A stretch of 64,000 nucleotides of DNA, taken from Basidiobolus meristosporus CBS 931.73. Lineage: Eukaryota > Fungi > Basidiobolomycota. Made by a program: the position numbers and the translations under genes. Shown here piece by piece: positions 25,233 to 38,200 of the stretch. The stretch spans positions 124,001-188,000 of the forward strand of contig MCFE01000028.1 of assembly GCA_002104905.1 (NCBI GenBank), read 5' to 3'. Positions within the stretch are counted from its first letter, which is position 1. Each line of letters starts with the position of its first letter. The notes under the pieces were generated by a model, which did no database searches, was not told the DNA's origin, and saw only the letters and a program-made list of their open reading frames with translations.

Positions 25233-25759
25233 TTAGTGTGATCACTGCTACCTGCTGCTACCTGAACTTCCAACCCCAGACCACAAGACACTCCCAGGAA
25301 ACCATGCTGACAGCCAACTGACCTTGGAGGCACTACTTGTGAGGAACACTCAGTGTAGGTATCTTCTATTTTATTTGATTCTTCCCCAAGTTTGTTCTTG
25401 TACAGGCAAAGATACTTTTCTGTCTTTGTAACTATTGACCACAGCTGCATTCTTATCAAGTCCCTGCTGGTGGAATTTACAGTTGTTTTGACTTTGGAAG
25501 CTTTAGTACATTGTTATCTCAAAGGATGATGAACCCATCATATACTTTTGTCAAGATGCCAACTAAGTTGGGGATTGTAGCTCAATAGTTTTCCCTTGAC
25601 AAGCTTGTGGCTTTATTCCCATCATGTTAAATCAGAGACAGAACCCAAGTATTCCTAGCAAGCTTTTGCCAGAGATTATTGCACCCAGTGAGCACCCCAC
25701 ACACAAAACACTTGAGAAATGCTGGATGTATATCTCCCTTGGACCTATACACTACCACA
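25200..25759. repeat. Right half of the LTR-like sequence at 17887-18955
   Basis: CCTTTTATCAATATACCAACTTGTTGATTAGTGTGATC... to ...ACTACCACA is shared with ~18403-18955. Confidence 0.8.
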
Positions 25760-25789
25760 CCATAAGAAAGGTTTATCTGTGAGACAACT

Positions 25790-28700
25790 CTGCACTGGAA
25801 GCTACTGCCAGTGGGTCTATATAGCTAAATAAGAGTGATATCTCAGGGGCCACAACAGCAAAATTGACTGACATACTCTATGTACATGGAAAATCTAAGA
25901 ATCTACTCTCAGCCAGTAAAGCAACTGCTCAGGAACTGAAATTTTTTTTACTAAGCTGAGCTGCGCAATATTGATTGAAAATGGACAAAAATCAGTTTAG
26001 GGAATCAGAGAACACAATATATACAAGTTACAATGCAAGTGCATTTTACCTGAGTATGTCACCATTGCTGAAACTGATGAGTCTAGCTGCGAGGCATGGC
26101 ATAGGAGACCAGGACACAATGGGGAACAGAAAATGAGTCAATTGGTGAAAAATCAGCCTGTTTTAGGCCCAAATTACTCAATTCCAATCAAATTGAGTGT
26201 CTGTAAGGGATGCTCATATGGCAAACAAGCTAGGCAATATTTCAGGAGCTCAGGAGGCATCAACACCACCAAAGTAGTGGCTACTGTACACTCAGATATA
26301 TGTGGGCCCATGAGAACACTGTACTTTGAGCCAAGAGATACTTGATGACATTTATTGATGACAAGGCCAGATATACATGGGTATACTTCCTCAAAGCAAG
26401 GCCTGAGGCTTTAGAGATGTTTGCACACATCAAGAAAATGGCAGAAGCACAAACCAGGTGGAAGTTGATGGTACTTCAAAGTGACAATGTATGGGAGTAC
26501 TGCTCAAAAGAATTTGCAAAATACTGCTCATCTACTGGTATACTCCAACAGACCACTGTTCCACTTACTCCGCAGCAAAATGGATTAGCAGAATGTGCAA
26601 ATAGAATAATAGTAAAGATGAGAAGAGCAACGCTATATGATAAGGGAATGGACCACAAGTCTTGGGCTAAATCTGTTGCTACTGCAGTATTTATCAAGAA
26701 TAGATGCCCAACAAAAGCACTACATGATTCTACACCCTTTGAAGCATATATAGGCAAAACACCAGACCTCCAGAGTCTCAGAATCTTTGCCAGTGGTGTC
26801 TTTTATCACATCTCTGGCAAAAAACACTCAAAGCTGTAACCAAACAGTAGAAAAGGGGTTGTTCTTGGGTATTGTGATGATACTAAAGGGTATAAAGTGT
26901 ATGATGGCAAAACTCAGAAGCTGATCAAGAGCAGGGACATTGTAATTAAGGAGAATTCAGATCAGAAAGCCAAGGAAATCATTGGCCAGCTACCTGGTGA
27001 AACAATCAACAATAATGAAGAAGATAGGTACCTAATTCAGTCTGATAGAGAAGATAATTCTACCAGTTACAGATCAGAGCAGATTATCCCAGTTAGGAAA
27101 TCTACCAGAATATGAGATGTCCCTGGATCCTGGTGGCAGATATCTAATGATCATGAAGAAGCTTATCTTGCCTTATGTGCCAAGCCTCAGAATCTGGAAC
27201 AGGCAATGCAAAGTCCAGATGCTACTATGTGGCAGCAAGCCATGCACAAGGAGTACCAACCACTAATCAATTCAAAAATGTGGGAATTGGTAGATTTACC
27301 AAATGGGAGAAAGCCAATAGGAGGTAGATGGGTCTACAAGATCAAGATAGCCCCAAATGGTGCTGTTGATAAGTACAAGGCTGGATTTGTGGCTCAAGGC
27401 TATTCCCAGATCTAGGGACAAGACTTTAAGGAAACATTTGCTCCAGTTGCAGAGTTTAGCTCCATTAGGACAGTTCTAGCCCTGGCTGCTGTACAAGTCT
27501 AGATCTACACCAAATGGACACAAAACAGCCTTTCTAAATGGGGATTTGAAAGAAACTATATACCTGGAGTAACAGGAAAGTTCTACCAGCCCAAAAGGCC
27601 CCCACAAGGTGTGCAGACTTGGGAAACTGTTGTATTGGTTTAAGCAGGCACCTAGAGTATGGCATAACAAGATTGATACATATCTAGAGGAAATTGGGTT
27701 CATTTTTAGCACTGCAGATCACAGTATATATGTCAAACAGCTCAAAAAGGGTGTAATTATCCTAGTTCTTTATGTGGACAACCTAATGATAGCTACAAGT
27801 GACCAGGAGGCACTTAAACAGACAAAATCAGATCTCTTCAGAGAGTTTGAGATGAAAGATTTTGGAAAACTGGGCTATTTTCTTGGAATTGAAGTGATAT
27901 TTGACATACCTACAAAGAAAGTTGTGCTGCATCAGTCTAAGTACATCAGGGACATTCTTAGATGCTTCAAAATGGAAAATTGCAAACCTACAGCTACCCC
28001 TATGGACAATAATCTAATATTGTGCAAATCTCAGCCAGTTTTAGGTGATAACAGCTTAAATATGGACCAAAACTTTCCCTATCAACCAATGGTTGGTAGC
28101 CTGATGTAGTTGATGGTGCCTACATGTCCAGATGTTGCAGTGGCAGTTGGAATAGTCAGTCAACTCATATAGAATTATGTATCAGATCAAATTATAGCAG
28201 CTAAGCAGATTTCAAATACCTACAAGGTACCATAAATATGGTACTGGAATACTCTGGAGCAGCAAATAGGCCAAAGTTTGATGGTTACAGTGACTCAGAA
28301 TGGGGTATGGATCTGACAGACAGACACTCTGCCACTGGGTATGTATTCCTTATACTGGTGCAGCTATTACTTGGTATTGCAAGACACTGTTGAAATATTA
28401 GAGAGATGTATTGGAAGTGAATTGGAGAATTAGAAGATTTACATGATATTCACTTGATGTTTTATTGAGTTGCAACACAGTATTTATACTTATTGGAGAA
28501 CTACGTAAATGTGACTATTTGGTCATTATTAGGGGAGTCTCAGGAGTACATGTGCCAAGTTTCAGCTCATATGGACAAGTTTCAGATTTTCCTAAAATTC
28601 TGTACTTCTCTAATTCCTAATAATTAGTAAATATCTTACAAACTAATTTCCATGTTGATAATCTGAAATATATCATTTCACTAAGTGCTAGTTCATAATA

Positions 28701-29477
28701 TATTAATAATTAGGTGGACTCCTAATTATTTCAACAGACACAACCAACTGTGGCCCTTTCTACAACTGAAGCTGAGTATATGGCTGCTTGTCAAGCAGCT
28801 AAGGAGGCTATAGGGCTACAAAAACTATTCAAAGACTTGGGTTTTAATTCAGATGAAGCAACATATATTTACAAGGATAATCAAAGTTGTATTTCATTTG
28901 CTAGGAATTCCACAAATCATGCCAGAACTAAGCACATAGATATATAGCCCCACTTTGTGTGGGAAGCTGTAGAAGATAACTTAGTAGGGTTAGTTTCCTG
29001 CCCAAATGATAGAATGGTGGTAGATATATTGGCAAAGCCACTAGCTAGGCAGCAATTTGAGAATCTCAGAGAGGAATTAGGATTAAGAGATGATTTAGCT
29101 GAGGGGGAGTGATGAAATATTAGATATTTGGTATCATTCAGCAGCTAAAAGTTTACTTAACAGCTCTAAACAAGTCTAGATCACAGTATGACTAACTTAC
29201 AGCCCTAACATTGCCACTATCTTCAGATCTACAATCCTATGATAATTCCCCTATACTTAAGATCATATTAACACTTTTACCAAACATTATGTACCAACCC
29301 TGAAGCTTTTACAGAATGCACCTAAATGTCAACAAACCCTCCTTACTTAGTGTCACAGCTGTATTACTTCTACTAAGGTATAAATACTGAGCTTCTTTAT
29401 GAAAAAACAACAGTTCAACAATTATCACAATTTCTTGATAAGTTCCTTATATCCAAATCACTTCTTAAATTGTAACA
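25790..29477 (+). mobile_element. Ty1/copia family B (5'-truncated, degenerate) with probable 3' LTR at 29110-~29477
   Basis: CKGCSYGKQ, VHSDICGP, TFIDDKARY, PQQNGLAE, RWVYKIK..YKAGFVAQG, LYVDNL, ALSTTEAEY, HARTKHIDI. PPT TTAGCTGAGGGGGAG at ~29095-29109. Clearly diverged from family A. Confidence 0.88.
28388..28736 (-). mobile_element. Solo LTR (349 bp) of a family A-related copia, inserted in the RNase H of copia B
   Basis: TGTTGAAATA...TATTTCAACA perfect 10-bp terminal inverted repeat and perfect 5-bp TSD GACAC. Patchy similarity to the antisense family A LTR. Confidence 0.92.
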
Positions 29478-29479
29478 GT

Positions 29480-32400
29480 TCTTCTACCTTTGATAGTTTC
29501 TGCTACTCTTAACATATTTTCTTGGCATGGCAATGCTGGCCCAAAACTTGTTTGCCTGTTTGAGTTCAGGATAATGATCATGGAACAAGTCAAGTGCATT
29601 CTGCTTGGCCTTGAGTTCCTGATGGGCCCATGATATGCTGGCCCTAAGGTGATGGTGTGCTAGACTTCTGACAGCCTCTTGAATATTAGCCCACTCTTCA
29701 TTATTGGACTCAAAAGCTTCAAAAATCTTCAATGTCTTTGGATTTTTAGGATTTGGTATACACACCACATTGTCTCCCTCTCATGCTGTGATAGGTTTTT
29801 CTGTGGGCTTTATCTCTGGGCACTATTGCTGTGCTTCAAAGACTGTATGGTGTTCCTTGGCTGTTACATCACAAAATGGCTCAATTCCTAGCTGTGACAT
29901 TGAGCTACTTGAGTTCCTTCTTGGAAGCAAAGATACTGCTTTCTCTACCTGGGATATTGATTGCTCTACATGTATTGTCCACTTATCCTGTTTCTGGAAT
30001 ATTTCCTGATTTCTCTGGGCCATTACATTTATCCTATCAGCCACTGCACCCAACTGTTTCATTAATGCTTTGGTATGAGCTGACCACATACTTGCTAATT
30101 TGGGTGGTGGTGGTGATTTTATCATGGCCACTTGCTGATCTTCAACTGAGGGTACTGTGTTTGCTGCATTCTCATCTGCCTGAGCATAATGGTCAGCTTG
30201 TGGTGCTACAGAGGTTCTCAATTGCCTACTTGACTGAGAGCCTGAGGAGTCCGCATTATTACCTTCAATGGGCACACTGGCCACAGGGCCTTTTTTGGGT
30301 GTAGCACCACTTGTTGCACTGAATGTCAAAGCAAGCTGTTGTCCAACCATTCTTCTGTTGCTGTCAGTGGTGGGGTTTGGTTGAGATCCAGACAACTTTG
30401 CTTTATTTTTTGGCGGCATATATATGGAAGTGAGTCAAATCAAAGGGGAAACAGTGTTACATATACATGTGTATGTGATGCCACAGCTTTATTTATAATG
30501 CTTACTATGGCAGGTCATCATTGAATCTTACATTCATGTAGGTGCAATGTCTCAAATACAAGACTGTCTTAAGTTCACATGATTATTGGCCAAAAAGTGA
30601 TATAGTGGCATTATGTTGTTGAAGGTCAAACTGTTTGCCCCATGGACAAGACTACTTTGACTCAATGCTGTAAGAGAAGAGAAAAAAGACCATGTGGCTA
30701 TTGTGGCAAGCCTCTTAGCCATGAAGCACACAGACAGCATAGGATGTATTACAAGGATCACAGCCAGTGCTTTGCCACTCAAGTCATATTTGACCATTCA
30801 TTGGTCACTACTGTACCAACATTATCTTGCAGGCCAGTTGATACTTCTATTTTGGCACCTGGCCATCTTTGTCACCTTGTGCAAACTGAGTCAGGTGAGT
30901 TTGTGACACCTTTAGGCTCACCTCAGCCTTCTGAATATGGTGTGCAGAGTGAGAGCTCTGACAAAGAAGGTTCACTGATGGATTTTGAGCCTATCTCCCC
31001 TAACAACAGTACCACATATAAGCCCAGTCAAATCCCTATATACAATGAGACAACACCTGTTGAAATAAATGCCAAGGATACTTTATGGAGCCAAGTGAGC
31101 CCAGTAATCCATCTACTGGTGACTGATGTAATGTTGTGGCTAGAGAAGTGGCGCATTTCTACTAATATCAGTAATGGGGGCTCTGAGGATTTATTACTAC
31201 TTCTTGCCAAAGTCATAATGGGATGCAACTTACCATTTATGTGTTACAAGTGGACAACCATCATGTGGCTGGCAACATATGATGGCAAGATATTATCCAG
31301 AAACTGTCCTGATTCCTGCATGTGTTAACAGTTGCATGGCATTCACATCCAAAAATGCTAACATTGCAACATGTCCAAATTGTCACAAATCCTCCACCAT
31401 TGAGGGAAAACATTGTTCACACTCCAGATATATTCTAGTCATACCCCATCTGAGGAAGCTGATGCAGTTCAACAAATATTGCAAAGCTATAGAGTACTGC
31501 ACTCAGTATCAATCAAGCGCAAACATATCCTGTATATTTGATGGCAAACATTACAAACAGCTAAGAAGCAAGGGCTAATTTGAAGGTATGTATAACCATG
31601 CCTTTGCATTAGCACTTGATGGATTCTCATTAAACAAGTACTCTACCAGCAAATCCTGCTGGCCACTGATTCTCATCAACCTGAATCTCCCACCCATCTT
31701 ACAGTATCTGAGCAATAATTGTATGGTTGTCTCACTGGTATTTGGGCCTAAATCACTGTCCAACCTAGATAGATACCTGTATCCATTGCTGGATGAATTT
31801 TGTTTGCTTTCCAGCAGGCTAACAGTAAATGGCTGTCATGTAAAAGCGCAAATTATCATATGCATTGGAGATACCCCAGCCATCATCAAGATAGCAGGTT
31901 TTTCCAGGCACAATGGATGGTATTGCTGTCAAATGTTTGAGATCCAGGGGATTTACACCATAACTAACACACATTATTATTACCCAAACACCAGCACCAA
32001 GAGCTTCATCTTTCCACAGAGAGAACATACAGAAGTCAGCATCCAATTGCAGCAAAGCAGGCAAGCTATAAGCCATCGGCCAGAATATGGAATCAATTGG
32101 AAACTGTAGATATTTAAGATAGTGGGTACCTGTTGGAGCAAAAACTTTCCACTGGGAGCAATGCATTTGCTTTTCAACAATTTCCCTATACTGATGACTA
32201 AGTTGTACATTTGGCATTCCAAGCTAAATGAGCCCTTTGAGATACCAGAGAAATTTGATAGAATTGGCAAGATATTACATAGTTTCCACTACCCTAAGTA
32301 CTTCTCACAGGCTCCAATTAATATTAATATGCATATGCAACAATACCAATGCAAAGACTGGATGAACTGGATATGTATTTACTCAAGTGGTGCTCTGTAG

Positions 32401-34170
32401 CCATTCTTACCAAGAGTACATTGGAAGCATTGGGAGTCATATGCGGACATTGTACAAATATTTATCCGGAAGTGGATCACCAATGCCAACTTGATGCATC
32501 TACAGCTGTTGTGTGAGGACTTTGTGACAAGATTTGAGCGGCTGTGCTACAAACATAAAGCTGAACGCATAGATCTCTGCCACTACAGTATCTATTCTCT
32601 ACTCCATCTTGCATGGTGTGTGAAGAATATTTGGCCTTGCTTCACCTTTTGGGAGTTTCCTATGGAGCAGATGTGTGGGGAGATAGGAAGACAAGTCAAG
32701 TTGCAGGTACTACCATATCCCAATCTCTTCAAGAATATTATCTTAAAGTCTGTCATGGATGTGATGAGTTGGCACATGGAGGACAGCAGAAAGAGTTGGA
32801 AAATACCAAGGACAAATTTGCACATGGAAACACCTATGCATATGGCATTAAGAAGCTAAGCAGCTGCAATGCATGGGTAATCAGTTAAGTAATGCAAAGT
32901 TGGGTTGGGTGCAACAAGCACCTGATTTCCATCAGGAAAACTCTACCAAGGTATGCCATATCTAATGGTCACAAGCCAACTTCCACACCATTTAATTTGG
33001 AATTCACACAATCAAAAGCCAGAGCGCACCTATAGGGGGGACTAGAATCCAGAAGGGAGAAGGAATATGTTGGCTAAATACCAAGAAGTTTTTTGCAGAT
33101 ATTCAGGAGGTATTCATGGCAGAAGTGGCAACAACCAAGCATATGTTTGCAAGATGTATATATTACCAGCAGTACAAGGTATATGGTAACTTTGCAAGTA
33201 TCACACTAAAAAGCTGTAAAGTTGAGGTGATAGAAGTATGTCAATGTGGTAGGTGTGCGTGTTTGTAGAGGTTAATAAGCAGGAGGTCATAGTTTTTTTG
33301 ATCTGAACTATATGTGGAATACCTAAGGTAGTAGTGGGTAGGCAAATAAAGAGGGGTGATTTTACAGTAGAATATATGAATTGCGCAAGGGAAGGTAGAA
33401 AAGGAAATACCATTTGGAAATAGGTATGGTAGCATTATACAGAACCAGCAGTAGGCTGTCATACTGCCAATATAATGCCATCAGAGTCTTGCTGTGAGGC
33501 TGTCAAAATACCATCAAGTTTCTTGCCATATAAAGCAATTGGATGTCCTGGCTGACTGGATCCACTTAAAGTAGGTATAGAGCACTAAAATGTTGTAAAA
33601 ATTTGTAATTCCACCTAGATATTCACCTAACTTAGTCACTTAGATCATCACCTTCAAATCCTAGAGAATACTGACCAAATTCCTTGTTGGGATTTACTTA
33701 GAATATTTTCACCAAAATACCAGGTACCCAGAACATGAAAATTCTCAAAGTTGTCCAAACAGCCCCAAACTTTGCACACATGTTCTTGGGACCTTCCTTA
33801 ACCTATTCTACGTGTTTGTAATGCCAAGACCAGGTAAAAGTATAAATACTACTTTTACATTCAATAAATCATTAAGTGAAAACCACATAATCTACTTGTT
33901 CTCCCAATCACTTCCAATATCTCCAAGACTCTTACAACATAAAAGACCTCAACAATACCATGCAAATATTGTCACAGCACCAACAAAATATTGTCAAGTT
34001 TTATCCCTTTATTTGGTTGTAAAATTAGCAAAACACTGTCATGATCCCATCATAAGATTGTTAGGAAGGTCACTAATTCCAAGCTGCTGGTATTATGACA
34101 GTCTCTCAATGGGATCCTGACAGCTGATCTGGATCAGATCCACCTGCAGGACCAAATTATTTTTCATAGG
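29480..34170. mobile_element. Best-preserved CACTA/EnSpm-like copy: accessory ORF (minus, ATG 30419) head-to-head with Tnp2 transposase pseudogene (plus, ATG 30642 to ~33.2 kb)
   Basis: ORFs 30642-31328, 31279-31578, 31588-32109, 32122-32400 and 32491-32859 chain the Tnp2 and DUF4218-like motifs across frameshifts. Accessory ORF at 29823-30419 plus 29484-29768. Confidence 0.82.
33591..33939 (+). mobile_element. Copia family A solo LTR (349 bp)
   Basis: TGTTGTAA...TTACAACA ends and perfect 5-bp TSD TAAAA. Nearly identical to 40553-40901. Confidence 0.95.
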
Positions 34171-34788
34171 GGAAATAGCCAAGAACCTACTATCTGTAAG
34201 TAAGGCCACAGCAGAAGGACTCAGCTTCAGCTTTAACAATTCTGAATGCAGGATCACTAATCAAAATGGTGACCATATTGCTTTGGGTATCAGAGATCAG
34301 AACCTATTCAAGTTGACTTATATTCCATCATATTTGGAAGCCAATATAAGTAACTTAAATGAAGAAACACCAATGCTTTGGCACATGAGATTTGGGCACA
34401 TCAATTTTGATTTTTTGCGCAAAATGATCAAAGATCAGCTAATTTCTGGAGTAAAAATTGATCCCCCAGCTAAATTGGAGCACTGTGAAGCCTGCATATA
34501 TGGGAAACAAGCAAGTCAACTGTTCAAGAGCTCTGGGTTGATCCAAGCTAAGAAAAAGTCTAATCTAATTCACTCAGATCTGTGTAGACCAATGCTAAAT
34601 TTATCCTTAGGCAGGATGAAGTATTTAATCACTTTTATTGATGATTATACAAGATACACATGGGTCTACTTCATGGAGAGAAAGAAAGAAGCTCTGTCTA
34701 AGTTCAGGGAGTTTAAAGCCATAGTGGGGAGTGAAACTGGTGACAAAATCCAGAAATATGCCTTAACAAAGGTGGAAAATATACCTTG
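34171..34788 (+). mobile_element. Copia family A internal fragment (protease end to integrase start)
   Basis: ORF 34283-34798 (LWHMRFGH, CEACIYGKQ, ITFIDDYTRY) is near-identical to 36900-37400. Confidence 0.9.
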
Positions 34789-35250
34789 CTGGCCTTAAGG
34801 TGATGATATGTTAGACTTCTGATGGCCTCTTGAATATTGGCCCACTCTTCTTTATTGCACTCAACAGCTTCACCAATCCTCAGTGTGGTTGGATTCTTAG
34901 GCTTTGGTATAAACACCACATTGTCTCCCTCCCATGCTCTTATAGGTTTTTCTGTGGGCTTTATCTTTGGGCAGTGTTGATGTGCTTTGAAGACTGGCCT
35001 GTGTTCCTCTGCTGTTACATTTTGAAATGGCTCAATTCTTGGCTGTGACATTGAGCTACTTGAGTTCCCTCCTTGCAGTAACAATACTGCCTTCTCTACT
35101 TGGGATATTGATTGCTCCACACATATTATCCACTCATCCTGTTTCTGGACTATTTACTGATTTCTCTAGGCCATTGCATCTATCCTATCAGCCACTGCAC
35201 TTAATTGCTACATTAATGCTTTGGTATGAGCTGACAACACACTTGCTAAT
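34789..35250 (-). mobile_element. Fragment of the CACTA accessory gene
   Basis: ORF 34713-35120 (EQSISQVEKAV...EEWANIQEAIRSL) is homologous to 13729-14244 and 29484-30419. Confidence 0.8.
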
Positions 35251-38200
35251 TGTGGTAAGAGTCTTGGAGATATTGGAAGTGATTGGGAGAACAAATAGAT
35301 TATGTGGTTTTCACTTAATGATTTATTAAATGTAAAAGCAGTATTTATACTTTTGCATGGTCCTGGCATTACATGTTGTAAAAATTTGTATTTCCACCCA
35401 AGTATTCACCTAACTTAGTCACTTAGATCATCACCTTCAAATCCTAGAGAATACTGACCAAAATTCCTTGTTGGGATTTACTTAGAGTATTTTCACAAAG
35501 ATACCAGGTACCCAGAACATGAAAATTCTCAAAGTTGTCTAAGCAGCCCCACACTTTGCACACATGCTCTTGGGACCTTCCCCAACCTATTCTATGTGCT
35601 TGCTATGCCAAGACCAGGTAAAAGTATAAATACTACTTTTACATTCAATAAATCATTAAGTGAAAACCACATAATCCACTTGTTCTCCCAATCACTTCCA
35701 GTATCTCCAGGACTCTTACAACAGGTTATGAGCCCCAAGCTGTCACTCTCTGCAACGTCTAATACTGCTATTACTGGAGTGTTTCCCTCTGCTGAAAAGT
35801 TGGATGGATCTAACTACCAAGTGTGGAAGATAAAGATGAAGATTCTGCTACAAGAAAGAGGCCTTTGGGATATTGTCATGGGAGAAGAATGCCATCCCAA
35901 AAGCATGGGAGAGCAAGCCTTGAAGTACCAGAAGAAAGTACAAAGTGCCTTTAACTGCATTTGCCTTAATGTTAAAGACAAATTGCTAATTCAATGCTCA
36001 AGGGCAAAAATGGCAAAGAATGCCTGGAAGGCATTAGAAGACACTTACCAGTCATGTTCAGCTGCTAAGAAAATGTATTTGAGACAAAAATTCTTTACTA
36101 CAAAGATGCTGCCAGGAGAAGAAATGAAAAATCTAATTAACAGAATTACCCTGCTGGTAGATGAGATGGAATCTGTGGGCATACCAACTACTGATGAGGA
36201 TGTGATAGTTACCATCCTGAATAGCCTGACAGACAAGTTTCAGGGCCTTGTATCAGTCCTAGAGTCCAGAACTGAAGATTTGACCTTAAATTACGTATAT
36301 GGAAGGCTCCTGGATGAAGAATTAAGAAAATCAAGCACCAATAAGAAGGAAGAAGAAAATGCTTTAATAAGCAATGATAGCAAACAAAGGAGGTACCCAA
36401 GACCCTACAAAGGCAACAGCAACCTATTTTGCAACTACTGCAAAAGGAAAGGACACACATCAGACCGGTGTCTCAAAAAGAGAGATTATCAGCAAAAGAA
36501 GCCTGAATATGGATATGCTGCAATAACTGAAGATAGACTATTCATATCTGCACTAAATATGACCACAAACAAGGATTCTCAGACGTGGTATATTGACTCT
36601 GGAGCTTCTCAACACTTTACACACCAAAAAGAACTTTTTACCCAATATCAAGAAATTCCAATTAAGAAGGTTTTCATGGGTGACAATAGAACACTTGATG
36701 CAGTGGAAGAAGGAACTATCCAAGTAAACCTTAGAAGCAGTGAAGTAAGCCATACACTGACCTTTAAAGAAGTACTCTATATACCAGAAATAGCCAAGAA
36801 CCTACTCTCTGTAAGCAAGGCCACAGCAGAAGGACTCAGTTTCAGTTTTGACAATTCTGGATGTAGGATCACTGATCAAAATGGTGCCCAAATTGCCTTG
36901 GGCATCAGAGATCAGAATCTATACAAGTTGACTTATATTCCATCATATTTGGAAGCCGATATAAGTAACTTAAATGAAGAAACACCAATGCTTTGGCACA
37001 TGAGATTTGGGCACATCAATTTTGATTTTTTGTGCAAAACAATCAAAGATCAGCTAATTTCTGGAGTGAAAATTGATCCCCCAGCTAAATTGGAGCACTG
37101 TGAAGCCTGCATATATGGGAAACAAGCCAGACAACTGTTCAAGAGCTCTGGGTTAATCAAAACTAAGAAAAAATTAGATCCAATTAACTCAGATCTGTGT
37201 GGGCCTATTCAAAATTTATCCCCAGGTGGGATGAAGTATATCATCACTTTTATTGATGATTATACAAGATACACATGGGTCTACTTCATGAAGAGAAAGA
37301 AAGAAGCTCTGTCTAAGTTCAGGGAATTCAAAGCCGTGGTGGAGAGAGAAACTGGTGAAAAAATCAAGAAAATATGCTCTGACAATGGTGGAAAATATAC
37401 CTCAAAACTCTTCAACCACTTGTGCAAAATTCATGGGATAAAGCAAGAGACTACTGTACCATACTCCCCACAGCAAAATGGAGTAGCAGAATGTGCTAAC
37501 AGATCAATAATTGATATGGCAAGATCTATGGTCCATGATCAAAAGTTATCCTGTGATTTTTGGGTGGAATCAGTTGCCACTGCTGTATATCTTAAAAATA
37601 GGAGTTACAACAGAATACTTTGTGATTCTACTCCATTTCAAGCATGGTATGGATACAGACCAAGTGCAGAATATCTAAGAATATTTGGGTGTCCAGCATA
37701 TGCCAAAAAAATAGCCGGAAATCAGTCAAAATTTGAGCCAAAAAATGTAAAATGAATATTTTTGGGCTACTGCAATTAGAGTAAGGCATACAGACTCTAC
37801 AATACCAAAGCAAAGAAGCTTATCAAGTCCAGGGATGTGTTGTTTGATGAAAATTCAAAATGCTCACAAAAAATGACATCAGATGATGACAAAAATTGAT
37901 CTCAAGTCCACCAATTATCAGGATTGAATCAGAGCAAAACAATGAAAATTTTTTCACTCCAGAGGACTCTACAACTGTGGTTCAGCCAGAATCAGTGCCC
38001 AGGAATATCCCAGAAGTGATCATTCTAGTATCAAATGCCCAGAGATCCAATTGGACAAGAAATAGCCCAAATTACTATATCAGTGAGGGCACAAACTTAG
38101 CCTATGCTTATTCAGTCCATATTGATGAACCCCAGACTGCAAAAGAGGCCCTAAATAGCCCTCAGACAAAGTTTTGGAGATCTGCAATGACTGAGGAATA

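Noticed and set aside
35596-35727. N-terminal extension of the 719-aa copia ORF, and similar ORFs at 33812, 39803, 4456 and 20993
   Set aside because: These are translations of LTR sequence from non-ATG starts. The plausible gag start is ATG 35728.
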